Shown here piece after piece: positions 18,609-28,245 of a stretch of 41,513 nucleotides of DNA. Where the stretch lies: assembly GCA_030538735.1 (NCBI GenBank), contig JAUNTK010000002.1:1-41513 (forward strand), in the 5' to 3' direction. Position numbers and translations under genes: made by a program. The notes beneath the pieces are model-generated. The model had not been told where the DNA came from, searched no databases, and worked only from the letters and a program-made list of their open reading frames with translations. Every line of letters begins with the position of its first letter. Position 1 is the first letter of the stretch. The DNA is from Pseudomonadota bacterium. Its GTDB lineage: Bacteria; Pseudomonadota; Gammaproteobacteria; Xanthomonadales; Xanthomonadaceae.

Positions 18609-19973
18609 ATGTCCGGCCCTTCTGCTGCCAATACCACCCTGATTACCGACCACCGACAACTGGTTGAGGTGCTTGCCTCGGGCGAGAAACCGAAGGCCGA
18701 TTGGCGGATCGGCACCGAGCACGAAAAGTTCGGGTTTCGCCTCGATGATCTGCGCCCACCCACCTTTGATGGCGAGCGTGGCATCGAGGCGTTGCTCAAT
18801 GGCCTGAGCCGCTTCGGCTGGACGCCCTATCAAGAGCATGGCCGCACCATCGCACTGACCCGTGATGGCGCCTCGGTGACATTGGAGCCGGCTGGTCAGT
18901 TGGAATTATCCGGCGCGCCGCTCATCGCCGTCCACGATACCTGCAAAGAAGTGGGCGGCCATCTGCGCGAAGTGCGCGAGGTGGCGGATGAATTGCGCCT
19001 GGGCTTTATCGGCATGGGCTTCCAGCCCAAATGGCGGCGCGATGAAATGCCGTGGATGCCCAAGGGCCGCTACAAGATCATGCGCGAATACATGCCGAAG
19101 GTGGGCAGCTTGGGCCTCGACATGATGACCCGCACCTGCACCGTGCAGGTCAATCTTGATTACGCCAGCGAGGCGGACATGGTGAAGAAATTCCGTGTCT
19201 CGCTGGCGCTGCAGCCGGTGGCGACGGCACTATTTGCCGATTCGCCATTCACCGATGGCTTGCCCAATGGCTATCAAAGTTACCGCTCGCATATCTGGAC
19301 CGATACCGACCCTGGCCGCACCGGGATGCTGGATTTCGTGTTTGAGGACGGATTTAGCTACCAGCGCTATGTCGATTACCTGCTGGATGTGCCGATGTAT
19401 TTCAGCTATCGCGGTGGCGAATATCTGGATTTTGCCGGCCAATCGTTCCGCGATTTTCTCGCCGGCAAACTCGACGGCCTGCGCGGCGAACTGCCGACCC
19501 TGACCGACTGGAACGACCACATGACCACCGCCTTCCCCGAAGTGCGGTTGAAGAAATATCTGGAAATGCGCGGTGCCGATTCTGGGCCGTGGGGCCGCAT
19601 CTGCGCGCTGCCGGCATTCTGGGTGGGCCTGTTGTATGACGATGCCGCGCTGGATGCAGCCTGGGATCTGGTCAAGGATTTTTCGCTCGACGAGCGCCAC
19701 GCACTGCGCGATGGCGTGCCCAAGCATGGCCTGAAACTGCCCTTCCGGCAGGCCAGTGTGCGCGAATTGGCCATCGAAGCCCTGAAGATTTCGGTGGCGG
19801 GCCTCAAGCGCCGGGCGGTGAAAAATGCGGTCGATCAGGATGAATCCGCCTTTCTCACCCCACTGATCGAAATGGCCGACGCAAACCAAACCGCCGCCGA
19901 ACGCAAATTGCAGTTGTTCAACGGCGAATGGGGTGGCGATATCGACCGGGTGTTCCACGAGTTTGCCTATTGA
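18609..19973 (+). CDS. gshA: Glutamate-cysteine ligase (plant/alphaproteobacterial-type GCS2)
   Basis: RIGTEHEKFGF, TLEPAGQLELSG, MPKGRY, TCTVQVNLD, FPEVRLKKYLEMRGAD. Confidence 0.96.
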   Translation: MSGPSAANTTLITDHRQLVEVLASGEKPKADWRIGTEHEKFGFRLDDLRPPTFDGERGIEALLNGLSRFGWTPYQEHGRTIALTRDGASVTLEPAGQLELSGAPLIAVHDTCKEVGGHLREVREVADELRLGFIGMGFQPKWRRDEMPWMPKGRYKIMREYMPKVGSLGLDMMTRTCTVQVNLDYASEADMVKKFRVSLALQPVATALFADSPFTDGLPNGYQSYRSHIWTDTDPGRTGMLDFVFEDGFSYQRYVDYLLDVPMYFSYRGGEYLDFAGQSFRDFLAGKLDGLRGELPTLTDWNDHMTTAFPEVRLKKYLEMRGADSGPWGRICALPAFWVGLLYDDAALDAAWDLVKDFSLDERHALRDGVPKHGLKLPFRQASVRELAIEALKISVAGLKRRAVKNAVDQDESAFLTPLIEMADANQTAAERKLQLFNGEWGGDIDRVFHEFAY

Positions 19974-20464
19974 GTCGCCCGGCGCCGCCGCTGTTTGCCG
20001 TTGCACCGGGCAAGCTGCTGCTTATGTCGGTGTGCTCGCTTGGCCTGTACCAGATCGCGTGGTTCTACCAGCATTGGCGGCATATCAAGCGGCGTGATGG
20101 CAGCCGGATTTCGCCGCCGTGGCGCTCGCTGTTGGGCCTGTTGTTTTGCGCGCCACTGCTGTGGCGGATCAATCGTGATGCGCGCGCGCAATCCATCGCT
20201 GGCAGTTCGCCGTGGTGGGCAGTGCCTTGGCTGCTGCTATCGCTGACCGGCTGGTTGCCGGGGCTGTGGTCGCTGCTGGTGTTCGCAGCGCCCATTTGCC
20301 TGTTGCCGGCGCAAGCTGCGGCCAACCGGCTGAACACCAAGCTGGCCCCCGGGCATGGGCCCAATTGCCGATATTCGGGCTGGAATATCGCCTTGATGGC
20401 CGTGGGCGGCGCGATGCTGTTGCTGGTCGTGCTGGGCAATATTGTTTGGCTGCTGGGCGGGTGA
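19970..20464 (+). CDS. Small integral membrane protein of unknown function (DUF4234-like)
   Basis: SVCSLGLYQIAWFYQHW motif and about 4-5 hydrophobic segments. Probable TTG start overlapping the gshA stop. Confidence 0.65.
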   Translation: MSRPAPPLFAVAPGKLLLMSVCSLGLYQIAWFYQHWRHIKRRDGSRISPPWRSLLGLLFCAPLLWRINRDARAQSIAGSSPWWAVPWLLLSLTGWLPGLWSLLVFAAPICLLPAQAAANRLNTKLAPGHGPNCRYSGWNIALMAVGGAMLLLVVLGNIVWLLGG

Positions 20465-20526
20465 GTTGAGCGCAGCACTTCAGTGCGGTTCATGCGGGTG
20501 GCAGGCAACTTGACGAAAATAAGCAC

Positions 20527-20991
20527 ATGGGGATCCGTGACCTGTTCCGCGCCTTGCTTGGCCTGCGCCCGCGTTATCTGCAGGTGGCCGCACTGTGCCT
20601 GCGTGGCAAGGGCGAGCGGCGTGAAGTATTGCTGGTCACCAGCCGTGGCCGTGGCCGCTGGATCCTGCCCAAGGGCTGGCCGATGACCGGGCGCAGCCTG
20701 GCCGAGGCGGCGCTGCAGGAGGCCTGGGAAGAAGCCGGGGCCAAGGGCCGGGTGCAGAAGAAGGCCATCGGCCGTTATCGCTATCAAAACCTGCTGGGCG
20801 ATGACATCGGCTTGCCGGTGGAGGCACGGGTTTACCAGATCGACCAGATCAGGCTGGCCGATGAGTACCCTGAGGCCGGCCAGCGTGAGCGGCGCTGGTG
20901 GCCGCTGGCCGAGGCTGCCGACGCGGTGGATGAAACCGAACTGGCCGCATTGCTGCGCGGTTTGGCGGCGGATCATCGCGCTGCGGCCTGA
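20527..20991 (+). CDS. NUDIX hydrolase (DIPP/Nudt4-like bacterial group)
   Basis: QVAALC...VLLVTSR...RWILPKGW, variant Nudix box AALQEAWEEAG, YPEAGQRERRW. Confidence 0.88.
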   Translation: MGIRDLFRALLGLRPRYLQVAALCLRGKGERREVLLVTSRGRGRWILPKGWPMTGRSLAEAALQEAWEEAGAKGRVQKKAIGRYRYQNLLGDDIGLPVEARVYQIDQIRLADEYPEAGQRERRWWPLAEAADAVDETELAALLRGLAADHRAAA

Positions 20992-21019
20992 CCAGCGGCA
21001 GTCTCCAGGTCACCCGAAA

Positions 21020-21037
21020 ATGACACCGTGATGACAA
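21020..21037 (-). promoter_or_regulatory. Pho-box-like direct repeat, reverse-oriented, 9 nt upstream of the pit start
   Basis: Minus strand TTGTCAT-CACG-GTGTCAT: two TGTCA cores 11 bp apart, the 7-4-7 PhoB arrangement. Confidence 0.5.
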
Positions 21038-21046
21038 AATGCGCGG

Positions 21047-22540
21047 ATGTCATCGCCCAACGATCAATCCTCGCGCCCGCCCGTCAACCAGTGGAAGACC
21101 CTCGACAAGGATCTGAAGCGGTTGAGTGCGGTCGAGCAAGTCACCACTTTTGCGGCCCGTCCGTTGGTTGCGCCCGGCATCGCGATTGCGTTCATGGTGC
21201 TGGTCGCCACGTTGGTGCTGGCGTGGACCGGGATCAAGCCGGGCAGCTTTGTGGTGGTCGCGGCAGCGGTGGTCGGTGCCTACATGGCACTCAATATCGG
21301 TGCCAATGATGTGGCCAACAACATGGGGCCGGCGGTCGGTGCCAATGCGCTCACCTTGGGCGGCGCGCTGCTGATTGCGGCGGTGTTCGAGACCGCCGGT
21401 GCCTTGATCGCCGGTGGCGATGTGGTCAGCACGATTGCGTCGGGGATCGTCGCGCCAGAGGCCGTGGCCGATTCGCGCATCTTTGTCTGGGCGATGTTGG
21501 CCGCCTTGCTGGCGGCGGCATTGTGGCTGAACCTGGCGACGGTGATCGGTGCGCCGGTCTCCACGACCCATTCGATTGTCGGCGGCGTCGTCGGTGCCGG
21601 CATCGTCGCGGCCGGGGTATCGGCAGTGAACTGGGGCGGGCTTGGCAAGATCGCTGCCAGTTGGGTGATCTCACCGGTGATGGGCGGGGTGATCGCGGCG
21701 GGGTTTCTCGCCTTCATCAAGTACCGCATCCTGTATCAGCCGGACAAGATCGCCGCCGCGCGGCGCTGGGTGCCGGTGCTGATCGGGGTGATGGTGGGCG
21801 CGTTTGCCGCCTATCTGGCGCTGAAGGGCTTGTCCAGAGTGGTCAAGATCGGGCTGTCCAGCGCGATGCTGATCGGCTTGGCGTTCGGCGCGGTGGCGTG
21901 GTTGCTATCGGTGCCGCTGATCCGCCGCCAATCGGTTGGCTTGGAAAACCGCAAGAAATCGATCCGCAAACTGTTCGCGCTACCGCTGGTGTGCTCGGCG
22001 GCATTGTTATCGTTTGCCCACGGTGCCAACGATGTCGCCAATGCGGTCGGGCCACTGGCGGCGATTGTGCATGTGATCAACGATGAAGGCGTCGGTGCCA
22101 CGGTCGGCATCCCGTTCTGGGTGATGGCGATTGGCGCGGCCGGGATCAGTTTTGGTCTGGTCTTGTTCGGGCCGAAGTTGATCCGACTGGTCGGCAGCCA
22201 GATCACCAAATTGAACCCGATGCGCGGCTACTGCGTGGCGCTGTCGGCGGCGGTGACGGTGATCGTCGCCTCGTGGCTGGGCTTGCCGGTCAGCTCCACC
22301 CATATCGCAGTCGGCGCGGTATTTGGCGTTGGTTTCTTCCGTGAGTGGCATGCCGAGCGCCGTGCGCGTCAGCTCAATACACGCAAGGGCAAGGCGGTGC
22401 CGGACGAGGAACGCGCACGGCGCAAACTGGTGCGGCGCTCGCATTTCATCACTGTGGCCGCCGCCTGGGTAGTGACGGTGCCGGCATCGGCGGGCTTGTC
22501 GGCGTTGCTGTTTGTCTTGCTGCGTGGTTTGAGTTCGTAG
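21047..22540 (+). CDS. PiT-family inorganic phosphate transporter
   Basis: Two signature halves GANDVANN / HGANDVAN, and PVSTTH / PVSSTH. Confidence 0.95.
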   Translation: MSSPNDQSSRPPVNQWKTLDKDLKRLSAVEQVTTFAARPLVAPGIAIAFMVLVATLVLAWTGIKPGSFVVVAAAVVGAYMALNIGANDVANNMGPAVGANALTLGGALLIAAVFETAGALIAGGDVVSTIASGIVAPEAVADSRIFVWAMLAALLAAALWLNLATVIGAPVSTTHSIVGGVVGAGIVAAGVSAVNWGGLGKIAASWVISPVMGGVIAAGFLAFIKYRILYQPDKIAAARRWVPVLIGVMVGAFAAYLALKGLSRVVKIGLSSAMLIGLAFGAVAWLLSVPLIRRQSVGLENRKKSIRKLFALPLVCSAALLSFAHGANDVANAVGPLAAIVHVINDEGVGATVGIPFWVMAIGAAGISFGLVLFGPKLIRLVGSQITKLNPMRGYCVALSAAVTVIVASWLGLPVSSTHIAVGAVFGVGFFREWHAERRARQLNTRKGKAVPDEERARRKLVRRSHFITVAAAWVVTVPASAGLSALLFVLLRGLSS

Positions 22541-22727
22541 GCGCATGATCGATCTCGGTAAGCGATGATGATCATTGATCGGATGACATCGTAGTGGGTC
22601 TGCCGTGGGCTTGGCCCGCGACAGGCGATGGCTTCGCGTAGCTGGCGTGTTGTTCAGGGCTTTCCGGTCAAATCGTGGCTTCACCAGCGATGCGTCAAAC
22701 TGGGCGCTGACCGCCCGGGGCCATGCC

Positions 22728-25454
22728 ATGACATCGACGCCAGTACCGCGCCGCGAGCCGCTGGAGTTTGCCGAGACCGATGCCTTGCTGCGCGATGATG
22801 TGCGGGTGCTGGGCAGCATGGTCGGCAGCATGTTGGCAGAGCAGGTATCGCCGGCGTTGTTGGCGCAGGTGGAAAGCCTGCGCCGGGCGGCGATTGCGCG
22901 GCGCGAAAATGGCGAGCCGGTTGATGCCTTGGCGGCGATCCTCTCCGATGTGCCGGGGCAGAATGCGGAAGCACTGGTGCGTGCATTTTCGGCATGGTTT
23001 AGCGCGATCAACTTGGCCGAGCGCGTGCATCGCATTCGCCGCCGCCGCGATTACCAGCGCGCCAGTGGTGAGCCGCAGCCGGGCGGTTTGGAGGCGGTGT
23101 TGCGCGGCCTGCGCGATGACGGCGTTGGTATCGAGGCCGTCGTCGCGTTGCTGCCACGGATGGTGATCGAGCCGGTGTTCACCGCGCACCCTACCGAGGC
23201 AGTCCGCCGTGCGTTGCTGGTCAAGGAGCGCACGGTGGTGACCCGCTTGATCGCCGACATTGATCGTGGCCGCACCCCAACCGAACGCCGCGCCGACCAT
23301 GCCCGCATCCGCCAATCGCTGACCACCGCATGGCAGACGCTGGAGGCACCGGAAGAAAAACCCGACGTGATCGATGAAGTCGAGCACATCGGGTTTTATC
23401 TTGGCGTGCTGTACCGGGTGCTGCCGGCGTTTTACGAGACGTTCGCCGATGCGCTGGAAAAGGTCTATGGCGAGCGCATCGAGTTGCCCGCGCTGCTGCG
23501 TTTCGGCACCTGGGTGGGCGGCGATATGGATGGCAACCCGAATGTCGGTGCCGCCACCATCCGCGTCGCATTGGCGACCCAGCGCAAGCAAGTGTTGGCG
23601 GCCTACCGCGCCGATTTGCGGGCGTTGGCCGACATCCTCTCGCAAAGCCGGGTGCGCGCGGGCATCGATGCGGCGATCGATGAACGCATCGATGCCTACC
23701 GTGCGCTGTTGCCGGAGGCAGCGGCACGGCTGCGCCCGCGCATGGCTGATATGCCGTATCGCAGCCTGATCGAATTGATGGCGGCGCGTTTGGCGCTGAG
23801 CGCGGACGAGGCCGACCCGCGCAGCTATGCCGATGCCGCCACCTTCATCGATGACCTCGGCTTGATCGAACACAGTCTGGCCGCGCATCAAGGCGAACAC
23901 GCCGGCATGTTTGCCTTGCGCCGGGTGTTATGGCGCGCGCGCAGTTTTGGCTTTCATCTGGCGGCGCTGGATTTGCGCCAAGAATCACTGGCGCATGACG
24001 AAGCCTTGGCCGCGTTGCAAGGCGACGTACAAGAAGATCAGGGCTGGATGACGTTACCGGTGGCGGCGCGTGTTGAACGCCTGCAGCAATGGATCGCCGG
24101 AGCGGCGCTTGCAAACCCCGATGCCGAAGGCGCACGCGCGACGCTGGATGTATTCCGCGCGGTGCATGAATTGCGCGGCCGTTACGGTGCGCAAGCCTTT
24201 GGCCCCTACATCATCAGCATGAGCCGCAGCGCCGCCGATGCGCTGGCGGTATTGGCGCTGGCGCGGATCGCCGGTTGTGTCGATCAGGGGCAGGTGCCGT
24301 TGGATGTCGCGCCCTTGTTTGAAACCGTGGCCGATCTGCAGGCGGCGACGGCGGTGATGCGCCAATTGTTTGAAGACCCGGTGTACCGCGCTCATCTCGC
24401 CGCGCGCGGCAGCCGGCAAATGGTGATGCTGGGCTATTCCGATAGCGCCAAAGATGGCGGCTTGCTGGCTTCGCGCTGGGCCTTGCTGCGGGCGCAGGTG
24501 GAACTGCATGAATTGGCTGGCGCGCATGGCATCCGGCTGGTGTTTTTCCACGGCCGCGGTGGCTCGGTCAGCCGCGGTGGCGGCAAGACCGAGCGCGCCA
24601 TCCATGCCGCGCCGCGCGGCAGTGTGGATGGCGTGCTGCGGGTGACCGAGCAGGGCGAGGTGATCCATCGCAAATACGGCATCCGGGCGTTGGCCTTGCG
24701 CAATCTGGAGCAGGCCAGCGGCGCGGTCTTGCGTGCCAGCCTGCGCCCGCGCCCAGCTGATCAGCGCGAGTTGGCGTGGCGCGAATGGGCGGCCGAAATG
24801 GCTGATGTCTCGCGTGCCAGCTACCGCGCACTGGTGCATGAACGCGCGGATTTCCCCAGCTATTTCCGCAGCGCGACGCCGATTGATGTGATCGAGCGGC
24901 TGCGCATCGGCTCGCGTCCGGCCAAACGCCGCGAAGGCGGCATCGATACCTTGCGGGCGATCCCGTGGGTATTTGCCTGGAGCCAGAACCGCTCTGGCCT
25001 GACCGGCTGGTACGGCTTTGGCAGCGGGCTGGCGCAGGGCATCGAACGCCACGGTGTGCAGGCGATGCGCGAGATGGCGGCGGCATGGCCGTTCTTCGCG
25101 GCGATGCTGGCCGATGTGGAAATGCTGATGGCGAAATCCGACCTCGCCATCTTCGAGCGTTATTCGCGCTTGGCCGGTGATCTGCATGGCGGGTTTTTCA
25201 CCGTGATCGAGGCCGAATTCGAGCGCGCACGCAGCGCCATTCTGGCGATCAAGCAACGCGATGGCCTGCTGGATGATGATTACCGGCTGCGCTTGTCGAT
25301 CCGCTTGCGCAACCCCTATGTCGATCCAATCAGCCTGTTGCAGGTGGAGTTGCTGCAACGCTGGCGTGCTGGCGGCAGCAAGGATGAAGGCTTGCTGCGC
25401 GCGCTGACCGCGACCGTCAACGGGATTGCCGCCGGTATCCAGAACACGGGCTGA
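22728..25454 (+). CDS. ppc: Phosphoenolpyruvate carboxylase
   Basis: VFTAHPTE, WVGGDMDGNP, VMLGYSDSAKDGG, FHGRGGSVSRGG, LRAIPWVFAWSQ, C-terminal GIQNTG. Start set at MTSTP. Confidence 0.97.
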   Translation: MTSTPVPRREPLEFAETDALLRDDVRVLGSMVGSMLAEQVSPALLAQVESLRRAAIARRENGEPVDALAAILSDVPGQNAEALVRAFSAWFSAINLAERVHRIRRRRDYQRASGEPQPGGLEAVLRGLRDDGVGIEAVVALLPRMVIEPVFTAHPTEAVRRALLVKERTVVTRLIADIDRGRTPTERRADHARIRQSLTTAWQTLEAPEEKPDVIDEVEHIGFYLGVLYRVLPAFYETFADALEKVYGERIELPALLRFGTWVGGDMDGNPNVGAATIRVALATQRKQVLAAYRADLRALADILSQSRVRAGIDAAIDERIDAYRALLPEAAARLRPRMADMPYRSLIELMAARLALSADEADPRSYADAATFIDDLGLIEHSLAAHQGEHAGMFALRRVLWRARSFGFHLAALDLRQESLAHDEALAALQGDVQEDQGWMTLPVAARVERLQQWIAGAALANPDAEGARATLDVFRAVHELRGRYGAQAFGPYIISMSRSAADALAVLALARIAGCVDQGQVPLDVAPLFETVADLQAATAVMRQLFEDPVYRAHLAARGSRQMVMLGYSDSAKDGGLLASRWALLRAQVELHELAGAHGIRLVFFHGRGGSVSRGGGKTERAIHAAPRGSVDGVLRVTEQGEVIHRKYGIRALALRNLEQASGAVLRASLRPRPADQRELAWREWAAEMADVSRASYRALVHERADFPSYFRSATPIDVIERLRIGSRPAKRREGGIDTLRAIPWVFAWSQNRSGLTGWYGFGSGLAQGIERHGVQAMREMAAAWPFFAAMLADVEMLMAKSDLAIFERYSRLAGDLHGGFFTVIEAEFERARSAILAIKQRDGLLDDDYRLRLSIRLRNPYVDPISLLQVELLQRWRAGGSKDEGLLRALTATVNGIAAGIQNTG

Positions 25455-28241
25455 TCAGTGCGTTGGCGCGGGCAATGCCGGTGGGCCGATCCGGCCCGCC
25501 AACAGCGCCGGCAACAGCGGCATCGGGGTGGGCTTGGCGAACAGATAGCCCTGCTGCAAACGGCAGCCCTGCTGCGCTAACCACTGCGATTGCGCCGGGG
25601 TTTCGATGCCTTCGCCAACCACTTCCATATCCAGTGCTTCGGCCATGCGGATGATGCCGGTGACCAGCGAGGCGGCGCCGCTGGACAACATCGCATCGGC
25701 GACGAAGGAGCGATCAATCTTGAGTTGCCGGATCTGCAGCGAGCGCAGCGGTGCCAGCGAGCTATGCCCGCAGCCGAAATCATCCAGCGAGACATTGATG
25801 CCGTGGCGGGCCAGGGCCAATACCTGCTGCGATGCGCGTTCGGGGTCGATCAGGGCCATTGATTCGGTGACCTCGATGCGCATCTTGGCGTGGTCGGCGA
25901 GGCCGGCAACAAACGCGGCAAAATCCGGGCGCTCAAAATGGCGGCTGGAGACGTTGACCGAGATCGGCAACGTGATGCCGCGCTGTGCCATTGTCTCCAT
26001 GTCGGCCTGCACCTGGAGGAAGGCAAGCTCACCCAGGGCGACATCAAGGCCGGCTTCTTCCACCATCGGCAGGAAGGCGCTGGGCAGCAGCAGGCCCTGC
26101 TCGGGATGGCGCCAGCGGATCAGCGCCTCCATGCTGGTGAATTCGCCGCGCTCGATATCGATGATCGGTTGATAGTGCATGACGAATTGCTGCCCGCTGA
26201 TGGCGCGCCGCAGGGCTTGCTCCATCGCCAGTTTTTCCGTCGTCCAGCCTTTTTCCGAGGCATCGGCCAGCCGCCAGCGGCCACCACCGTCGCGTTTGAC
26301 CTCGCGCATGCTGTTTTCCGCGCGGGTAACCAATTTGCCAAGATCCACGGCCTCGCCACGCGCGATGCTGGCCGCGCCGATTCTGGCCGCTACATGCAGA
26401 TCACCGGGCTGGATGCGCAGGCTGCCGATCGCGCGCTGCAGCTGGTCGGCGGCGCGCTCGGCATCGGCATCATGCAGCAGCACGGCAAATTGATCGCCAC
26501 TCCAGCGGGCGATCACATCGGTGCGCAAGCCGCCGGCACGGATACGGCGGGCAACCTCGACCAGTACGCGGTCACCTTCGGCGGCGCCCAATGCTTCGTT
26601 GATGCGCTTGAAGCCATCGAGCGCGATCAACAAGAAGCTGATCGATTGCACATCGTCGGCACGTTCGAGCCGGCGCAGTTCATTCCACATCGAGCCACGG
26701 GTGGACAGGCCGGTCATCGGATCAAGATCGACACGGGTGCCGTGTGCGTCATCTTCCGCTACGGTTTCGCGGCCCGGCACGATGGTGATCATCCGGCCCG
26801 CGGTGGCATGAATCCGGCTGGGTGATACATGCAGGGTGACTTTTTCCGGCGAGCCGGCCGGGCCGAACAGCTCGACCAGATGGGTCTGCACCTGGCCACG
26901 CGGTGCCGCCAGCAATTGCTGGATCGGCGGGATGGTGCGCAAGAGTTGCCCCGGCGGCGGCCGCTCGCCAGCGCGTTGGCGGATTTCGGGCAGCAAGCCG
27001 GGGCGGGTGCTGTGGGCGAAGACCACCCGGTCATTGCCATCAAGCGCGATGACGGCCTCGACCAGACTGGCGGCCAGCCGTTGCGCATCGTGCATCACCC
27101 GCTGCGCGCGCAGCTGATTTTCGCGATGGCGCAGCCAGATGCTGCTGATTACCGCCACGCTGATGCCAACCAGTGCCGCCGATGTGCCGCTCCAGCTTGA
27201 TGTCAGCCACAGCTGCAGTGCCGGGGTCAGCACAGTCACCACGATGGCCGCGCCCAGCATGAACCAGCGCAGCCGCGCGCCGGGCGTGAACAGCACGATC
27301 ATCGCGGCTAGCAGGCCGAGGCCGATGTTGAGCAGATGCTTGTCAAACGGTGTGGTGGGAGTGATTTCATCGTGGCTGACGAATGCATCGGCGGCGACCG
27401 CGCTCAGCTCGACGCCGGACAGGATGCGCCCGGAGCGCACGCTTTTCGGCGTTGCAAAGCGCTGGCCGATGCCGGTGGCGGTGACCCCGATCAAGATCGA
27501 TTTGCCGCGCAGCACGCGCGCATCGAATTGATCGCCCAGCACCTGTGCATAGCTGTAGATCGGCAATTGCTCGGGCAGGTCAAGATCGGAAATCAGCACC
27601 GGATCGGAAAGTTGCCAATACGGGGTGCCCGATGTTTCGGCGAAGGCGCGCAAATGGCGGCTGCCGAGCGCCAAGGCCGGGTTGGTCAAGGCCAGTGGCA
27701 GCGAGGGCAGGGAGGTATCGCGGCTGCTGTTCCAGCGATACAGCTGGCGCACCATCCCGTCATCGTCAAACACGACATCGGAATGGGCAAAACGTGCGGC
27801 GGGCCACATTTGCAGCAAGCGCTGTGCTTCCTCACGGCTGCTGTCATGGCCTTGGGTGGGTGCGGGCAGCAGCACGCCGCCATGACGCTCGATTGCTGCC
27901 GCCAGTTGGTGGTCGCCGGCCGGGTCGGTGTCGTCGGGATCGCTGAGCAGTAAATCGATTGCAATCGGGCCAGCACCAGCGTCATGCAGTTTGTCGATCA
28001 ACTCGGCATGGCGGGCGCGGCTCCACGGCCACCGGCCTATCTGGATCAGGCTGGCATCATCGATGGCGATCACTACCACCTCGCCGCTGGCGCGGTTGTC
28101 GCTGCGCCCCGACCACAGATCGAGAAACTCGCGATCAAGCTTGTTGACCCAATTGAGTTGGGCCGCTGCCCACGTCGCGCCCACGGTGGCCAGCACGATG
28201 GCCGTGATCAGCAAACAGCGGGCAAACGTGGTTTTCGGCAT
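25455..28241 (-). CDS. CHASE2-TM-GGDEF(degenerate)-EAL protein; probable c-di-GMP phosphodiesterase
   Basis: CHASE2 motifs VIAIDDASL..IGRWPWSR, DDDGMVR, SGVEL; three TM helices; SGDQF in place of GGDEF; EALIRW, DDFGCGHSSL, EGIET, QGYLF. Confidence 0.9.
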   Translation of the reverse strand: MPKTTFARCLLITAIVLATVGATWAAAQLNWVNKLDREFLDLWSGRSDNRASGEVVVIAIDDASLIQIGRWPWSRARHAELIDKLHDAGAGPIAIDLLLSDPDDTDPAGDHQLAAAIERHGGVLLPAPTQGHDSSREEAQRLLQMWPAARFAHSDVVFDDDGMVRQLYRWNSSRDTSLPSLPLALTNPALALGSRHLRAFAETSGTPYWQLSDPVLISDLDLPEQLPIYSYAQVLGDQFDARVLRGKSILIGVTATGIGQRFATPKSVRSGRILSGVELSAVAADAFVSHDEITPTTPFDKHLLNIGLGLLAAMIVLFTPGARLRWFMLGAAIVVTVLTPALQLWLTSSWSGTSAALVGISVAVISSIWLRHRENQLRAQRVMHDAQRLAASLVEAVIALDGNDRVVFAHSTRPGLLPEIRQRAGERPPPGQLLRTIPPIQQLLAAPRGQVQTHLVELFGPAGSPEKVTLHVSPSRIHATAGRMITIVPGRETVAEDDAHGTRVDLDPMTGLSTRGSMWNELRRLERADDVQSISFLLIALDGFKRINEALGAAEGDRVLVEVARRIRAGGLRTDVIARWSGDQFAVLLHDADAERAADQLQRAIGSLRIQPGDLHVAARIGAASIARGEAVDLGKLVTRAENSMREVKRDGGGRWRLADASEKGWTTEKLAMEQALRRAISGQQFVMHYQPIIDIERGEFTSMEALIRWRHPEQGLLLPSAFLPMVEEAGLDVALGELAFLQVQADMETMAQRGITLPISVNVSSRHFERPDFAAFVAGLADHAKMRIEVTESMALIDPERASQQVLALARHGINVSLDDFGCGHSSLAPLRSLQIRQLKIDRSFVADAMLSSGAASLVTGIIRMAEALDMEVVGEGIETPAQSQWLAQQGCRLQQGYLFAKPTPMPLLPALLAGRIGPPALPAPTH

Positions 28242-28245
28242 GGGA

